DNA of 64,000 bases, from NCBI GenBank assembly GCA_014905635.1, contig JABVCE010000002.1, forward strand, positions 372,001 to 436,000, given 5' to 3'. The DNA is from Scenedesmus sp. PABB004. Its lineage: Eukaryota. Below the pieces are notes generated by a model. That model worked only from the letters and a program-made list of their open reading frames with translations, did no database searches and was not told the DNA's origin. Of the stretch, positions 61,773 through 64,000 are shown piece by piece. The first letter of the stretch is position 1. Each line of letters begins with the position of its first letter. A program made the translations under genes and the position numbers.

Positions 61773-63664
61773 ATGGACGCGCCGCCGCACGGCGGCGCGC
61801 CTGGCAGCGCCGCGCGTCGGCGCCGACGCCGCCGGCCGGGCTGGCTGCTGCTGCTACTCCTGCTGGCGGCGGCGTCCCGGGCCGCGGCGCAGCCGTCGGT
61901 GGCGGTGACGAGCGTGGCCGTCTTCCAGACGACCGCGTACGAGTGGACCGTGACCAACACGTGCTCCGTGGAGAGCCTGTCGATACAGTTCAACACCACG
62001 GCGACCGCCGCGTACACGGTCTCGTTTGAGAAGATCGCGGCGCCGCCCACCTACACGCTGCGCGGCACCGTGACCGTGACCAACCCCTGGTCGACGACGC
62101 AGCTGCAGCTGTCCGAGCTGGAGGTCCAGGCGCAGTATGCCACCGGGTCCGGCGCCGGCCCGATCGTGGCGGTCGTGACCTGCCCCACCAACGTGCAGCT
62201 TGGTGGCGTCGTGCTCGTCAACGCCGCGGTGCCCGACAGCGCGCCGACGACGGTCGCGTGCAACTTCACCGCCCAGCTGCCAAGCCCGGATCAGGGCTAC
62301 GTGATCGCCGAGGCGAAGCGCCTCTCCGGCGCGGCGCCGCTCGTGTCCGCGCCGGTCGACTTTGCGATCGGCCCCGCCGACCCGGGCGGCGTGCCGGCGC
62401 TCACGCTCGCGCAGTGCGCGCTCGTCAACGTGACGGTCGACCCCACCAGCTACCAAGCCCTCGGGGCGCCGGTCGTCGTCGCGGGCGCCAAGCCGCCGCG
62501 CGGGGGCCTGCCGCCGGACAAAATCTGCGCCTCGACGGTCTACGCCTTCAAGCTGCGCTGGGCCGTGGCCACGCGCGCGGCGTGCGGCGACTGGTTTGTG
62601 GCGAGCACGGCCGTGGCCGACCCCATCGGCGGCACCCAGCCCCCCGTGGCGGCGGTCAACGTGCTCGAGGTCAACGCCTGCAACGCGCGGGAGGCCGCCG
62701 CGCCGCCGCCCGTGCCGGCGCCGCCGACGGCGGACACCGCCGCGCCGCAGGTGCGCGCGCGCGGGGGCGCGCGAGGCCCCCGCACCGAGGGGCCCGGCGG
62801 CCGCACCGGCGGCGGCCCGCTGCTCGCGCGGCCGAGCGCCCGCGCCGCGCGCTCGCGCCGCAGCTCACCGCCAGCATCACCAGCATCACCGGCGGCGGCA
62901 TCGCATACTCATGGGGCGCGTCAGCCTCGGTCGCGGTGCCCGCGGTGCAGGTGCGCCAGGGCGCGACGGCCAGGGTCGGCTTCAGCGCCGCCGTCACGCG
63001 CTCCGCGGCGGCCGCGCCCGCGCCGTGGGCGGTGGCGGGCGCGCTGCTGCTGACCAACCCCACGCAAGAGCCCATGGAGCTGGCCGAGGTCGAGGTCAGC
63101 TCGCAGGCGGCCGCCCCCGGGGCGGCGGCGGCGCCGTCGCGGAGCGGCGCCACGGGCCGCGCCGCGCTGCCCGGCCAGGCCGACGCGCCCGCGGCGTGCG
63201 CCCCGAGCGTCGGCGGCAGCGTCGTCGTGCCCGCGGGCGAGTCGGTGGCGTGCACCTTCCGCATCCCCTGGGCGAGCCGGGCAACGGGCGCGCTCTGGGC
63301 GAGCGCGATCACGGCCAGCGGCGTCACCGGCACGAGCGACGAGCTGCCGCTCGACCCCGCGGGCGACCCCGCGCAGGCGGCGAGCGCCGTCGGCGCGTGC
63401 GCGGCGGTGGGCACGGCGTGGGCGGCGGGCGTCGGGCTCGTGGCGCCCGCCAGCGTGGCGGGCGCGGGCGGGCCCGCGCCGCCGCTCGCGGCCGCGCCCG
63501 CGCGGGTGTGCGGCGACGCGGCGTGGAGCTGGTCGGCGACGTTTGGCCCCTTCACCGCGTGCGGCCGCCTGCGCGCCGTCGCGGTCGTGACCGCCGACCC
63601 CGTCAGCGGCAGCCAGTCGACGCAGGCCGCCAGCGTCGGCGTGGACTTCACCGTGCTCTGCTGA
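61773..63664 (+). CDS. Secreted protein with two tandem Cys-containing beta-rich domains, 2 exons
   Basis: Signal peptide WLLLLLLLAAASRAAAQ; intron 62751-62863; each exon has Y-x-W...G-x-(V/L)-x-(V/L)-TNP...C...VAC-x-F...CA...C...CG. Confidence 0.8.
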
Positions 63665-64000
63665 CGGCGGGTCGTCCGAGCGCAGCCCGGGCGCGCGCGC
63701 GCGGGCAGCTCTCGCGCGCGCCGCCCGACACGCGCGCGGCGGCGCGCTTGCAGGGCGAGGCGCAGCGTGTTGGTGTGGTGTTCGAGCTGCACGCCCGGCG
63801 TGTTGCAGCGCCCATACCAGCACCGCCACCAAGGCTGCTGCGCCGCAGCGTGGCTTGGGGCACCACCGCCGGCACCGCGCGCGACGCCGTCGCTGACCCG
63901 CCTGCGCTCGCGCGCGCCCGCGCCGCCTGCTCGCCTGTCGCCGGCTGCCGGCCGCGCCACGGCGTGGCCACTGGCCCGTGCCGGCCCGAGCAGCGCTGCG

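Noticed and set aside
537..62863. Introner-like mobile introns
   Set aside because: Introns share only short end motifs and composition; I saw no extended identity between intron bodies.
1..64000. Hundreds of long overlapping Arg/Ala/Pro/Gly-rich ORFs in the track
   Set aside because: Expected from stop-codon scarcity at very high GC; they are shadow frames or read through introns of the real genes.

Overview
Eukaryotic nuclear DNA, extremely GC-rich (about 75-80% by eye), gene-dense, with many short (about 60-250 nt) spliceosomal introns. Gene content (Alfin, TIC20, DUR3, NME7), TGTAA poly(A) signals and intron style point to a chlorophyte green alga, probably Sphaeropleales-like (inference). 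The ORF track is mostly misleading because genes are split by introns and antisense frames stay open at this GC. I reconstructed about 22 protein genes by hand: Alfin-like PHD, group-C bZIP, Rtt106/SSRP1-M-like chaperone, BTB-BACK, DEDDh exonuclease, RPL26, NME7, GT71 mannosyltransferase, two hypotheticals, P1B-2 Zn/Cd ATPase, DUR3, MCTP, TTI1, TMEM234, TIC20, SmB, PAM18, a Q-rich protein, QTRT1, EFR3 and a secreted two-repeat protein. I saw no rRNA, tRNA, CRISPR array or transposase. The best leads are: an unusually high share of GC-AG introns; a candidate bicistronic TMEM234-TTI1 locus; a tandemly duplicated, synonymously diverged last coding segment; an intron-split ATG with an upstream presequence in QTRT1; and an Rtt106-like gene. 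I cannot demonstrate a wholly new system from sequence alone.
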